Below, piece by piece: positions 1 to 9,317 of a DNA stretch of 64,000 nucleotides. A model generated the notes under the pieces. That model worked only from the letters and a program-made list of their open reading frames with translations, was not told the DNA's origin and made no database searches. Each line of letters opens with the position of its first letter. Position 1 is the stretch's first letter. The position numbers and the translations under genes are program-made. Source of the DNA: Ginsengibacter sp. (lineage in GTDB: Bacteria > Bacteroidota > Bacteroidia > Chitinophagales > Chitinophagaceae); contig JBDSOE010000172.1 in assembly GCA_039915005.1 (NCBI GenBank), positions 348 through 64,347 on the forward strand, given 5' to 3'.

Positions 1-1264
1 CATCCCGAAATCTATAGAAAATTATTACCAGGAAACTGGAAGAGCTGGCAGGGACGGACTGGAGGGTAAATGCCTGCTTTATTATTCGCATAAAGATGTG
101 GCTAAATTAGAGCACCTTATGCGCGATAAATCTTTAACAGAAAGGGAAATAGGTGCTCAACTAATCAATGAAACAGTGGCTTATTCTGAAAGTGGGGTTT
201 GCCGTAGAAAAATGTTGTTGAATTATTTTGGCGAAAGTTATACTATTGATAATTGCGGAGGAAAGTGTGACAATTGCAAAAATCCCAAAGAACTTATTGA
301 AGCCAAACCGCAGGCCCTGATTGCTTTAAAAGCAATTCAGGCATTGGGAGAGCGGTTTCCCATAACTTACATGATACCGGTAATAATAGGTAAGCTGAAC
401 CCGCAAATAAAGATGTACCGTCATGAAGAAAAATCTGTTTTTGGAACAGGGAAAGGCAAAGATGAACATTTTTGGAATTCTTTGATAAGGCAAATGATAC
501 TTGAAAATTACATCCAAAAAGATATAGAAGATTATGGCGTTTTAAAGATAACGAAAGAGGGAGAGGCTTTTTTGAAAAAACCTTCTTCCTTCAAAATTGC
601 CTTGAATCATATATATGAGACAGACGGTGAAGAAGAGGAGGAAACATCAGAGACCGGTGAGGCCGCCACTATAGACGACAAATTATTTGAATTATTAAAA
701 GATCTGCGCCAGGCGGAAGCCAAAAAGCGCAATTTGCCGCCGTTTGTTTTATTTCTTGAAAACAGCCTGAATGATATGGCGACGCTATATCCCACCACTT
801 TAAAAGAATTGGAGAAATGCCAGGGAGTTAGTTCAGGGAAGGCTTTGAAGTTTGGAAGACCCTTTGTCAATCTTATTGAAAAATATGTGGCAGAGAATGA
901 TATAGAAAAACCTGATGATTTTGTAATGAAAAGCGTGGTTAATAAAAACAGCAATAAGGTTTTTATTATTCAGAACGTAGATAAGAAGATGCCGCTGGAG
1001 ACCATTGCTAAAAACAGGACGCTTAAACTTGAAGAGCTTTTGGAGGAAATGGAAACCATAGTGGCGAGCGGCACTAAATTGAACCTTGATTATGCCATAG
1101 AAGATTTGGTGGAAGAATATGAGAGAGAAGAGATCATAGATTATTTTAAAGGATGCCAAACCTCAAGCCTGGATATTGCCCGTGAAGAACTTTCTGACGG
1201 TAACTATACCATGGAACAATTAAAGATTATGCGGATAAAATTTTTGTGTGAATATGGAAATTAA
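1..1264 (+). CDS. recQ: ATP-dependent DNA helicase RecQ, 5'-truncated by the window edge
   Basis: Frame is open from nt 2 and reads YYQETGRAGRDG (helicase motif VI). Zn-binding CRRKMLL..CGGKCDNC, RQC winged helix and HRDC domain (LFELLKDLR..PFVLF) follow. Confidence 0.95.
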   Translation, partial: IPKSIENYYQETGRAGRDGLEGKCLLYYSHKDVAKLEHLMRDKSLTEREIGAQLINETVAYSESGVCRRKMLLNYFGESYTIDNCGGKCDNCKNPKELIEAKPQALIALKAIQALGERFPITYMIPVIIGKLNPQIKMYRHEEKSVFGTGKGKDEHFWNSLIRQMILENYIQKDIEDYGVLKITKEGEAFLKKPSSFKIALNHIYETDGEEEEETSETGEAATIDDKLFELLKDLRQAEAKKRNLPPFVLFLENSLNDMATLYPTTLKELEKCQGVSSGKALKFGRPFVNLIEKYVAENDIEKPDDFVMKSVVNKNSNKVFIIQNVDKKMPLETIAKNRTLKLEELLEEMETIVASGTKLNLDYAIEDLVEEYEREEIIDYFKGCQTSSLDIAREELSDGNYTMEQLKIMRIKFLCEYGN

Positions 1265-1305
1265 ATAAAGGCAAAAATTGAATTTTTATTTTAAGTGAAT
1301 AATTC

Positions 1306-1313
1306 TATTTTTG
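1306..1313 (+). promoter_or_regulatory. Bacteroidota sigma70 -7 element (TATTTTTG) for tRNA-Phe
   Basis: Matches TAnnTTTG, 13 nt upstream of the tRNA 5' end. Confidence 0.6.
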
Positions 1314-1326
1314 CCGGCCAATTATT

Positions 1327-1399
1327 GGTGCGGTAGCTCAGTCGGTAGAGCAAAGGACTGAAAATCCTTGTGTCGGCGGTTCGATCCCGCCCCACACCA
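1327..1399 (+). tRNA. tRNA-Phe (GAA); CCA not encoded
   Basis: GGTGCGGTAGCTCAGTCGGTAGAGC D-arm, anticodon arm AAGGA-CTGAAAA-TCCTT, T-arm GGCGG-TTCGATC-CCGCC. Acceptor stem has one C.A mismatch. Confidence 0.95.
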
Positions 1400-1400
1400 C

Positions 1401-1427
1401 AAAACCCCTTTTCCGGGGTTTTTTTAT
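1401..1427 (+). terminator. Intrinsic terminator after tRNA-Phe
   Basis: AAAACCCC-TTTTCC-GGGGTTTT hairpin followed by a T-run. Confidence 0.75.
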
Positions 1428-1572
1428 TTTAGCCCTTTTTAGCTGCAAACCATTGTAAATACTAATCCTTATTGAATTAATTAAGTAAAGAGAGGCCAAG
1501 AGAAATTAAAAGAAAGTAAGATTTTTTACCCCCTATATTACCCCCCGGAACAAAAACGAACCTAAAAAGTAC

Positions 1573-1580
1573 TATATTTG
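1573..1580 (+). promoter_or_regulatory. -7 promoter element (TATATTTG) of the integrase gene
   Basis: TAnnTTTG consensus 19 nt upstream of the ATG at 1600. Confidence 0.5.
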
Positions 1581-1599
1581 GTTTATAAATATCAATGCA

Positions 1600-2922
1600 A
1601 TGAAAGTAAAATTTCAAATTAAAACCAATGCTACAAAAGGCGATTGCCTGTTATTTGCTGAAATTTATTACAGCTATAACCCTAATACTAAAAAATATTT
1701 AAGGGTTAAATATTACACCGATTTAAGAATTTCAAAAAATTGTTGGGATGGAAAAAATCAATGTGCAAAAAAAGGAATGATAGGTAAGGCAGAATTTGAT
1801 TTAAGAATTACCAACGTAAAAGAGAAAATTCAAAAATGTTTTAACGGTTATGTAAGTACCAACGCAAAGGAGCCCGACCCGGAAACTTTAAAAAAACTAT
1901 TGTTTAAAGAATTTACAGGAATTAGCCTTGAAACTAATAATGACAAGCTCAAAACCTTTTGGGGTTACTTTACCGACTTTATTAATCAGTCAATCAATGG
2001 CAGCCGCAAAAATGCCAACGGCGACACAATAGCACCCAGCACTATAAAAAGTTACAAGACTTTAAAACACCACCTGCAAAAGTTTGAAATTGAGGCCCGG
2101 CAAAAGATAGATTTTGATAAAATAGATTTTGAATTTTACACCGACCTACATCACTTTTTAGAAACTGATTTGTTACTGGCAAAGAATAGCATTAGTAAAC
2201 ATATTCGTACTTTAAAAACGGTATTGCGTGAAAGTTTAGAAAAAGGTTATCACAATAACAGCAAGTTTAGCAGCCGTAAATTTGCCGCTCCTACTGAATT
2301 AACCACAGCCGTATATTTGAATGAGAAAGAGTTAAAAGAACTGTACACCCTGGATTTGACAAATAACCCACGATTAGAAAAAGTACGGGATTTGTTTATT
2401 ATTGGTTGCTACACCGGTTTAAGATTTGGCGACCTGTACCAAGTAACTACAAAGAATATACAGCCCGACCCAAAGAACCCGACCGACCTTTATTTGACCC
2501 TTAAACAAACCAAAACGGGCAAACCGGTTACTATTCCTATTCCAACAGTATTAAGTCAAGTTTTGGCAAAATATGGCAACGTATTACCCAAACCGATTAG
2601 CAACCAAAAAACCAATTTATTTTTAAAAGAAATTTGCCAAATGATACCGGCATTAAATGAAAATACCGAAATTGAGTTTACAAAGGCAGGTGCAAAGGTT
2701 TATGAGAATCACAAAAAGTATGAGTTAATAAGTACACATACCGCCCGGCGAAGTTTTGCAACAAATGCCTATTTAGCAGGGCAACAAACTTTAAATATTA
2801 TGGCAGTTACCGGGCACTTAACAGAAAAGAGTTTTAACCGGTACATAAGGGTAACACCAATGGAAAAGGCAAGGTTATTTAAACAACACGAAGAAAACAG
2901 GAACCATTTGAAGGCCGTTTAA
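1600..2922 (+). CDS. Tyrosine recombinase / site-specific integrase (Bacteroidota type, with SAM-like core-binding domain)
   Basis: Catalytic residues in context: YTGLRFGD (R), KQTKT (K), HTARRSFAT (HxxR), TGH, FNRYIR (Y). Lies directly downstream of a tRNA. Confidence 0.93.
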   Translation: MKVKFQIKTNATKGDCLLFAEIYYSYNPNTKKYLRVKYYTDLRISKNCWDGKNQCAKKGMIGKAEFDLRITNVKEKIQKCFNGYVSTNAKEPDPETLKKLLFKEFTGISLETNNDKLKTFWGYFTDFINQSINGSRKNANGDTIAPSTIKSYKTLKHHLQKFEIEARQKIDFDKIDFEFYTDLHHFLETDLLLAKNSISKHIRTLKTVLRESLEKGYHNNSKFSSRKFAAPTELTTAVYLNEKELKELYTLDLTNNPRLEKVRDLFIIGCYTGLRFGDLYQVTTKNIQPDPKNPTDLYLTLKQTKTGKPVTIPIPTVLSQVLAKYGNVLPKPISNQKTNLFLKEICQMIPALNENTEIEFTKAGAKVYENHKKYELISTHTARRSFATNAYLAGQQTLNIMAVTGHLTEKSFNRYIRVTPMEKARLFKQHEENRNHLKAV

Positions 2923-2940
2923 TTTTTAAACTATTAATGC

Positions 2941-3495
2941 ATGATTATTCAAAGTATTCAAAACAGGATTTATGAATTAAGAGGCGAAAGGGTAATGCTG
3001 GATAGGGATTTGGCAGCCCTTTATGAAACGGAAACAAAACGGCTAACCGAAGCTGTAAAGCGAAATATAAAACGGTTCCCGAAAGATTTTATGTTTCAAC
3101 TTACTAAAAATGAATTTGAAAGTTTAAGGTATCAAATTGAAACCATAAAGAATGATAATTCTTTGAGGCCGCAAATTGCGACCTCAAAAGGCAGAGGCGG
3201 CACAAGGTATTTGCCCTATGCCTTTACGGAACAAGGCGTGGCCATGTTAAGCGGTATATTAAACAGCGATAAGGCGATAAATATGAACATAGCCATAATG
3301 AGAGCCTTTGTAGAAGTGAGAAAAATAATATACCGGCAAAATGATTTGAAAGAACAAATGAAGGAAATAAAAGAACGTTTAGGCGAACATGATGCACAAC
3401 TAAGCCAGATATATGATGCAATGGAAAACCTGTTAGATAAAAAGGCGGCGCAAAGAAAATGGAATGACAGGCAAAGAATAGGGTTTAAAAAATGA
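2941..3495 (+). CDS. ORF6N domain DNA-binding protein
   Basis: IYELRGERVMLDRDLAALYETETKRLTEAVKRNIKRFPKDFMFQLT and PYAFTEQGVAMLSGILNS are hallmark ORF6N segments. Confidence 0.92.
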   Translation: MIIQSIQNRIYELRGERVMLDRDLAALYETETKRLTEAVKRNIKRFPKDFMFQLTKNEFESLRYQIETIKNDNSLRPQIATSKGRGGTRYLPYAFTEQGVAMLSGILNSDKAINMNIAIMRAFVEVRKIIYRQNDLKEQMKEIKERLGEHDAQLSQIYDAMENLLDKKAAQRKWNDRQRIGFKK

Positions 3496-3603
3496 TTGCC
3501 CAAAAAAGGTAATGCTACGAAAATCTACAAGAGTTACAAGTGGGCAAAGAACTGGCAACAATTCAGTTTATACCTTACGTTTCCCGACAATTTCTTAGTG
3601 AAA

Positions 3604-4119
3604 TTACCTTCCAAAATCGTCTTGTACCCTTACAATATCTTCTTCGTTACTAGGATTAGTATTGTCTGTATGCTGCCAGATTTCTGCAATGATTCCCCAC
3701 TGGTCGGTTCCTATTAACCGGTGGCGTTGGCCTTGCTTTAAAATAATGATGTCATTAATTTTTTTTGTTTGCAAGGGAGTCTCTTTATCTGTATCACTAA
3801 TAATCACTCCTGCCTCTCCTCCGATTACTTTCCATACTTCCGAGCGGCGATGATGATATTGCCAGCTAAGTCTTTTGTTACTTTCTACAATAAGAATTTT
3901 TGGACTTATTTTTCCATGGATCTGTTGATTGGCTTCAGGAACTTCCGAAAAGAAGTGGCTAATGAATTTTTGTGATTGCGATTCATCAATGACATAGAAT
4001 CCACCCCAGGGGCGGGTTTCATCACAATTAATGATTTTAAAATCGTTTTTTTCAAGAAAGGTTTTTACTTCCTGAAATACTTTCTTCTTTCCGAAATCCG
4101 GGTTTAAGTTTAGTACCAT
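3604..4119 (-). CDS. Cupin-fold mannose-6-phosphate isomerase (type II C-terminal)-like protein
   Basis: RPWGGF, KILIVESNKRLSWQYHHRRSEVW, HRLIG and EEDIVRVQDDFGR motifs. Confidence 0.85.
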   Translation of the reverse strand: MVLNLNPDFGKKKVFQEVKTFLEKNDFKIINCDETRPWGGFYVIDESQSQKFISHFFSEVPEANQQIHGKISPKILIVESNKRLSWQYHHRRSEVWKVIGGEAGVIISDTDKETPLQTKKINDIIILKQGQRHRLIGTDQWGIIAEIWQHTDNTNPSNEEDIVRVQDDFGR

Positions 4120-4125
4120 TTTTGT

Positions 4126-4152
4126 TATATAACGGTTATGCGTAAACGCAGT
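4126..4152 (+). repeat. 27-bp repeat, copy A (TATATAACGGTTATGCGTAAACGCAGT)
   Basis: 26/27 identical to the reverse complement of 7490-7516; contains the TGCGT-AA-ACGCA palindrome. Confidence 0.85.
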
Positions 4153-6014
4153 TATCTGCCCATAAAAACCATCAGGATCTGTACATCGCTAGGATTTACT
4201 CCGCTGATCCGGCTTGCCTGGCCGAGCGTTTGGGGCCTTATTTTTTTAAATTTTTGTCTTGCCTCGTTTGATAAGGACGAAATATTTTCATAATTAAAAC
4301 TATCAGGAATCACCTGGTTTTCGAGACTACTCATTTTGGCTACCATTTCTTCTTCTTTATGGAGATATACTTCATATTTTATTTGAATCTCTGCTTGTTC
4401 CCGTACTTCTTTTGAAAATTGGTCAATTTTAATTTTTAAGGCAGGAAGGACATTTAACATGTCGTCTAAATTAATTCCAGGCCTTAGTAAAACCTGGGAG
4501 GCTTTTATTTTTTGGGAGACAGGGGAAGATTCGGAATTCGCAAGAAAAGGATTGATTTCATTTATGTCAAATTTTGTTTGACTTAGAATTTCAGTAACCC
4601 GAAGAATTTCTTCTTTCTTCTTTTTTACTTTTTCCATCCTTTCTTGTGAAGCAAGCCCAATCCGGTACCCTTTTTCTGTTAATCTCAGGTCGGCATTGTC
4701 CTGCCTTAGTAAAGTTCTGTATTCGGCGCGACTGGTAAACATTCTATAAGGTTCATCTGTTCCTTTATTAATTAAATCGTCAATGAGTACACCAATGTAA
4801 GCTTCGTTTCTCTTTAATACAAAGGCTTCTTTATGGGTGCATGCCTGGTGGGCATTAATACCAGCCATAATTCCCTGGCAAGCGGCTTCTTCATAACCAG
4901 TTGTGCCATTGATTTGACCAGCAAAGAATAAATTTTTTACCCGCTTGGTTTCTAATGAGAACTTCAATTGCGTGGGAGGGAAATAGTCATATTCAATGGC
5001 ATAGCCCGGCCGGAATATTTTGCAATTCTCAAAACCCGGTATCTTTCGAAGTGCACGGTATTGTACTTCTTCCGGCAAAGAAGAAGAAAATCCATTTACA
5101 TAAACTTCAATCGTATTCCATCCCTCCGGTTCTACAAATATCTGATGGCGGTCCCGGTTGGCAAATCGGTTTATTTTATCCTCAATACTTGGGCAATATC
5201 GCGGCCCTATTCCGTGTATCCTTCCCTGGAACATAGGACTTTCATCAAATCCGGTTCTTAGAATATCATGAACTTCAGGATTCGTATAAGTAATCCAACA
5301 ACTTTTTTGGTTTAATGGTTTTTGGGTATCAGTGAATGAAAACCCTGTGACACACTCATCTCCTTTCTGTTCTTCCATTTTGGAATAATCCAACGAACGG
5401 CCATCCGCGCGTGCAGGGGTTCCTGTTTTCAGGCGGTCGGTCTCAAAGCCCCACTCTACTAATTGCTCCGTTATTCCCGTGGAGGGCTTCTCAGCAATTC
5501 TTCCTCCTTTGGTTTGTTTAAGTCCAATATGTATGAGCCCATTTAAAAAAGTGCCGTTGGTTAAAATAACAGATTTTGCAAAGATGTTATGCCCTAAGGC
5601 GGTTTTTACGCCCGTAATGGTGTCTCCTTCTTTTGTTAATCCTACTACTGCATCCTGATAAAAATCAAGGTTGGGAGTGTTTTCGAGCATTAGCCTCCAT
5701 TTCCAGGAAAACAACATACGATCGCTTTGTGCCCGTGGGCTCCACATAGCCGGGCCTTTACTGCGGTTAAGCATGCGAAACTGAATCATGGTCTCATCGG
5801 TAACTATTCCTGAGTATCCTCCCAGCGCGTCAATCTCGCGCAGAATTTGTCCTTTGGCAATTCCACCCATTGCAGGATTACAACTCATTTGAGCCATATT
5901 CTGCATATTCATCGTTATAAGAAGAGTTTTACTCCCCAAATTAGCAGCAGCAGCAGCAGCCTCGCATCCTGCATGGCCCGCCCCGACAACTATCACATCA
6001 TATTCTGAAAACAT
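4152..6014 (-). CDS. mnmG: tRNA uridine-5-carboxymethylaminomethyl(34) synthesis enzyme MnmG (GidA)
   Basis: DVIVVGAGHAGCEAA FAD motif, MSCNPAMGGIAKG, GPRYCPSIEDK, AGQINGTTGYEEA. ATG at 6014 preferred over the ORF-track start at 6032. Confidence 0.98.
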   Translation of the reverse strand: MFSEYDVIVVGAGHAGCEAAAAAANLGSKTLLITMNMQNMAQMSCNPAMGGIAKGQILREIDALGGYSGIVTDETMIQFRMLNRSKGPAMWSPRAQSDRMLFSWKWRLMLENTPNLDFYQDAVVGLTKEGDTITGVKTALGHNIFAKSVILTNGTFLNGLIHIGLKQTKGGRIAEKPSTGITEQLVEWGFETDRLKTGTPARADGRSLDYSKMEEQKGDECVTGFSFTDTQKPLNQKSCWITYTNPEVHDILRTGFDESPMFQGRIHGIGPRYCPSIEDKINRFANRDRHQIFVEPEGWNTIEVYVNGFSSSLPEEVQYRALRKIPGFENCKIFRPGYAIEYDYFPPTQLKFSLETKRVKNLFFAGQINGTTGYEEAACQGIMAGINAHQACTHKEAFVLKRNEAYIGVLIDDLINKGTDEPYRMFTSRAEYRTLLRQDNADLRLTEKGYRIGLASQERMEKVKKKKEEILRVTEILSQTKFDINEINPFLANSESSPVSQKIKASQVLLRPGINLDDMLNVLPALKIKIDQFSKEVREQAEIQIKYEVYLHKEEEMVAKMSSLENQVIPDSFNYENISSLSNEARQKFKKIRPQTLGQASRISGVNPSDVQILMVFMGR

Positions 6015-6053
6015 TCCGCAAAAGTACCACAATTGAAAAGGACGTGAAAAATT

Positions 6054-6069
6054 TGTTTCACGTGAAACA
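6054..6069. other. parS centromere site 1 (TGTTTCACGTGAAACA)
   Basis: Perfect 16-bp parS palindrome, extended to a 24-bp palindrome at 6050-6073. Confidence 0.92.
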
Positions 6070-6090
6070 AATTATGCCCCCAAAGATTTA

Positions 6091-6106
6091 TGTTTCACGT
6101 GGAACG
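6091..6106. other. parS centromere site 2 (TGTTTCACGTGGAACG)
   Basis: Reverse complement CGTTCCACGTGAAACA fits the parS consensus; overlaps the last codons and stop of ybeY. Confidence 0.85.
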
Positions 6107-6523
6107 TAAGAGCCCGAGGTAATGATCTTCTCTTTTGCGCATTTCTGATTTTAAAGCAACAGTATGATCAGAACGTCCGCATAAATGTAGGATGCCGTGT
6201 ATCATTACTCTATGGAGCTCATCTAAAAAATTGATGCCCAAGGATTGGGCGTTTTCTTTAACTCTTTCTATACTTATATATATTTCTGAAACAATGGGCA
6301 ATGAAGTTTCAGAGAGAGTGAAGGTGAGTATATCTGTATAAGTATCGTGGTTGAGGTATTTCTGATTTAGTTGCAATAAATATTCATCTGAGCAAAAAAC
6401 ATAAGAAATTGATTGGAACTCAAATCCCTCCTCCACAAAAATTGTGGGAAGAAAAGTCTTTAGGTAGAGCTTATTTTTTAAAATGAGCGAAACCCGGTTA
6501 TTGTTAAATGAAATTGTACCCAC
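6095..6523 (-). CDS. ybeY: rRNA maturation RNase YbeY
   Basis: LNQKYLNHDTYTDILTF and ELHRVMIHGILHLCG (H3xH5x metal motif). Confidence 0.95.
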   Translation of the reverse strand: MGTISFNNNRVSLILKNKLYLKTFLPTIFVEEGFEFQSISYVFCSDEYLLQLNQKYLNHDTYTDILTFTLSETSLPIVSEIYISIERVKENAQSLGINFLDELHRVMIHGILHLCGRSDHTVALKSEMRKREDHYLGLLRST

Positions 6524-6578
6524 TTGTTTTTTCTAAAATCGAAATTGGTATTTCGGAATGAATGATATATTTACCTGG

Positions 6579-6824
6579 ATGAATCTATCTGAGATAAATG
6601 CAGGCACAAAAGTAAAAATTAAGTCATTTAAAAGTGACGATATTATTTTAAAGTTAATGGAAATGGGTTGCCTGCCGGGCGAAGATATAATGGTATGGAA
6701 AAAAGCGCCTTTAGGTGACCCTATATATGTCCTTGTTGCGGGTTATTCGCTGAGCCTTAGGTTAGATGAAGCCGCCCAGATACTCGTAGAGACGATTGTA
6801 ACTGACCCAAAACCAATATATTAG
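6579..6824 (+). CDS. feoA: Ferrous iron transport protein A
   Basis: KLMEMGCLPG..KAPLGDPI..LSLRLDEA (FeoA SH3-like fold). Start is 6579 or 6558. Confidence 0.9.
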   Translation: MNLSEINAGTKVKIKSFKSDDIILKLMEMGCLPGEDIMVWKKAPLGDPIYVLVAGYSLSLRLDEAAQILVETIVTDPKPIY

Positions 6825-7397
6825 GTGAAAATCGGTTTATATTTCGGCTCCTTTAATCCCATCCATACAGGCCATTTAATTATTGCAAACCATTTAACCA
6901 ATTATACCAGCTTAAACCAGGTTTGGTTGGTTGTTTCTCCCCAAAACCCCTTGAAAAAGAGTAATTCGTTATTAAACGAAAATCATCGTAAGTATTTAAT
7001 AGATCTTGCTATTGAGGGGGAAAAGAAGTTGCGTTCCTCCAATATTGAATTCAAATTGCCACGGCCATCCTACACCATTGATACCCTCACTTATTTGTCG
7101 GACACCTATCCTCAGCATCAGTTTTCAGTTATTATGGGCAGTGATGCGTTTAGCAACATAAAAAAGTGGAAAAATTATGAAGTGCTTCTGAAAAGTTATC
7201 CTGTTTACATTTATGAAAGACCGGGATTTAAAGTGAAACAGGAAATGATTAATGAAAACATTCATGTACTGGATGCACCTCTCCTTCAAATTTCGAGTAC
7301 GCATATCCGCGAGATGATCCGGCAAAAAAAATCAATTCGCTATTTAGTACCTGATATTGTGAAAGAAGAAATTGAACAGCAACAGTATTATGGTTGA
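6825..7397 (+). CDS. nadD: Nicotinate-nucleotide adenylyltransferase
   Basis: GLYFGSFNPIHTGH, PSYTIDTL, MGSD, ISSTHIR. Confidence 0.97.
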   Translation: MKIGLYFGSFNPIHTGHLIIANHLTNYTSLNQVWLVVSPQNPLKKSNSLLNENHRKYLIDLAIEGEKKLRSSNIEFKLPRPSYTIDTLTYLSDTYPQHQFSVIMGSDAFSNIKKWKNYEVLLKSYPVYIYERPGFKVKQEMINENIHVLDAPLLQISSTHIREMIRQKKSIRYLVPDIVKEEIEQQQYYG

Positions 7398-7489
7398 TTA
7401 ACCTGAAGTATGCACGTTTCATTTTACGGATGCGGAAGTTTTACAGGAAGAGTATCGCTGTAAAGGGAAGCTTACGTTGAAAAAGAAAT

Positions 7490-7516
7490 ACTGCGTTTAC
7501 GCATCACCGTTATATA
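7490..7516 (-). repeat. 27-bp repeat, copy B (inverted relative to 4126-4152)
   Basis: Plus strand reads ACTGCGTTTACGCATCACCGTTATATA. Confidence 0.85.
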
Positions 7517-7536
7517 CAACGAATGTAACATCGGTG

Positions 7537-8757
7537 TTAGAAAACAAAGCTAATCAGCAAGCATCCCAATACAATTAATGGTGGCGGAATTTTGGTGAAA
7601 GTGAGTAGGTAAAAAGTGCCTATGATTACAAAAATGTTTACAAAGCTTACTGTATTCAACTCGGTGATAGAAATATCTTTTAATAAATATAGAAAGGATG
7701 CCCACATTATTCCTACCACTACCGCATTAATTCCTTCCAGGGAACGATACACGACTACGTATTTTTTCAGATTTTGCCATACCGGAAAAAAAAATAAAAC
7801 CAACAAGGCGCTTGGCAAAAAGATCATAATACACCCTATTACGCCGCCCAATATTTGCATATTTGTCCCTTTGTCTCGAAGAACCATTCCTCCGGTGTAT
7901 GAAGTAACTGCGAATACAGGCCCAGGAATCGCTCTGATCAATCCCCAGCCGGTCAGGTATTCTTCTTTGGTCATGTATTTTGTTTTTTCGCGAACTACAT
8001 ATTGTTCATACATCATTGGCATCAATACATCTCCGCCGCCGAAAACCAGGCTGCCAAAACGATAGGTGTTTTCAATAAGATTATACACTCGTTTGTTTTC
8101 CCAGTTTTGTTTTCTTGCCGTTTCACTTAGAAAACCCACTATAACAAACAGGAGAATGAACAACCAGATGTTGGTCCATTTTATGTGCCTGGGCCGGATG
8201 TTTTCTTTTTCAGGGTAGCGCTTATTGCTGAAGTTGGTAACCACGCCGCCAAGGATGATTAGTATGGGAAATATCCACGGTGTTTTAAAAAACAGATAAG
8301 TAGCAATGGCGGCCACTACCATTGTAACATAGGTTATGGTGTTTTTTATGGAAACCCTGAACATCTTAAAAGCAGCAAATGCTATAAAGCCAACCGCCAT
8401 TGGCTGGATGTAGTTAAATATATTAAGGCTTACATGAAATGTGTTTACATAATGTACCAGGAAAGAAAATAGGCACATTAAAATACTGGCCGGCAATATC
8501 CAGATTATTAAGGTAAGAATAGCCAGCGGAACGCCTCCTCTTTTATAGCCAATAAGCGTAATGGTTTGTGTAGAAGAGGCACCCGGCAACATCTGGCAAA
8601 AGGCAACATACTCCATCAGTTCTTCTCTGCTTACGTCTTTTCTGCCATCTACAAAGGTCTTCATCATCATTCCAAGATGGCCCTGCGGGCCACCAAAGGC
8701 AGAAATAGTATAATAAAATACAGCTTTTAAAAAAGGAATATGCCTCGTAAGTACCAT
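7537..8757 (-). CDS. chrA: Chromate efflux transporter (CHR family, long-chain)
   Basis: [30 protein letters not shown]; two CHR halves. Confidence 0.92.
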   Translation of the reverse strand: MVLTRHIPFLKAVFYYTISAFGGPQGHLGMMMKTFVDGRKDVSREELMEYVAFCQMLPGASSTQTITLIGYKRGGVPLAILTLIIWILPASILMCLFSFLVHYVNTFHVSLNIFNYIQPMAVGFIAFAAFKMFRVSIKNTITYVTMVVAAIATYLFFKTPWIFPILIILGGVVTNFSNKRYPEKENIRPRHIKWTNIWLFILLFVIVGFLSETARKQNWENKRVYNLIENTYRFGSLVFGGGDVLMPMMYEQYVVREKTKYMTKEEYLTGWGLIRAIPGPVFAVTSYTGGMVLRDKGTNMQILGGVIGCIMIFLPSALLVLFFFPVWQNLKKYVVVYRSLEGINAVVVGIMWASFLYLLKDISITELNTVSFVNIFVIIGTFYLLTFTKIPPPLIVLGCLLISFVF

Positions 8758-8819
8758 TTAAAAAATATGAAGTATAAAATGTTTAAAAAAGGTAGTATGG
8801 CCGTTAGAAGTTAGTATGG

Positions 8820-9305
8820 CTATTTCTTTTGAAGTTTAAAATTATGCTCAAGCGCGAAGGCCTCCTGTGCCAAATTTACACTGGATTCAAGTTTATTTGC
8901 TTTTTTCTTACTGTTTAAGAAATCAATCTCAATTCTGTCTTTTTCTTCTTTTGAAATATTCGTTGGTGCCAATTTTCCGATTTTATCAATTATATCTTTT
9001 TCAAATTCTAACTGTTTTAAAATAGCAGCTTTCAAATTTTCCCCGCCTTTTGGTGTATTTAAACGTTGTGCTTCTTTGATTTTGGTATCAATGTGCAAAG
9101 CAATTTTCTGGGCTTCTGATTTTATATTGGATAATGGTAAGGGATCTGTATTTATTTCCTGTAACTTTTTGCCAAAGTCCTGAACCTGTGTCAATACACT
9201 TTTTTGAATGCTCACCAAATTATCATTAAAAGTAACCTCTTTGTTTTTGCAGGAGTACAAAAAGCCAAAAGTAATAAAAAGGTAAATGCAATTTTTGACT
9301 GACAT
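8820..9305 (-). CDS. Hypothetical lipoprotein (helical)
   Basis: Signal peptide with lipobox-like FLYSC followed by KNKE; no family recognised. Confidence 0.7.
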   Translation of the reverse strand: MSVKNCIYLFITFGFLYSCKNKEVTFNDNLVSIQKSVLTQVQDFGKKLQEINTDPLPLSNIKSEAQKIALHIDTKIKEAQRLNTPKGGENLKAAILKQLEFEKDIIDKIGKLAPTNISKEEKDRIEIDFLNSKKKANKLESSVNLAQEAFALEHNFKLQKK

Positions 9306-9317
9306 GCTATTCGGGAG

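Larger units (their letters stand above)
1400..3500 (+). mobile_element. Minimal or remnant integrative element at tRNA-Phe (integrase + ORF6N)
   Basis: tRNA-adjacent integrase plus a mobilome-type gene; the second att site was not found. Confidence 0.55.

Noticed and set aside
3495-3604. attR copy of the tRNA-Phe 3' end
   Set aside because: Searched by eye here and downstream; no matching sequence found.
4124-4151. dif / XerCD site (TTTACGCATAA resembles an XerC arm)
   Set aside because: No TTATGTTAAAT-like XerD arm at 6-bp spacing in either copy, and the locus is parS-proximal rather than terminus-like.
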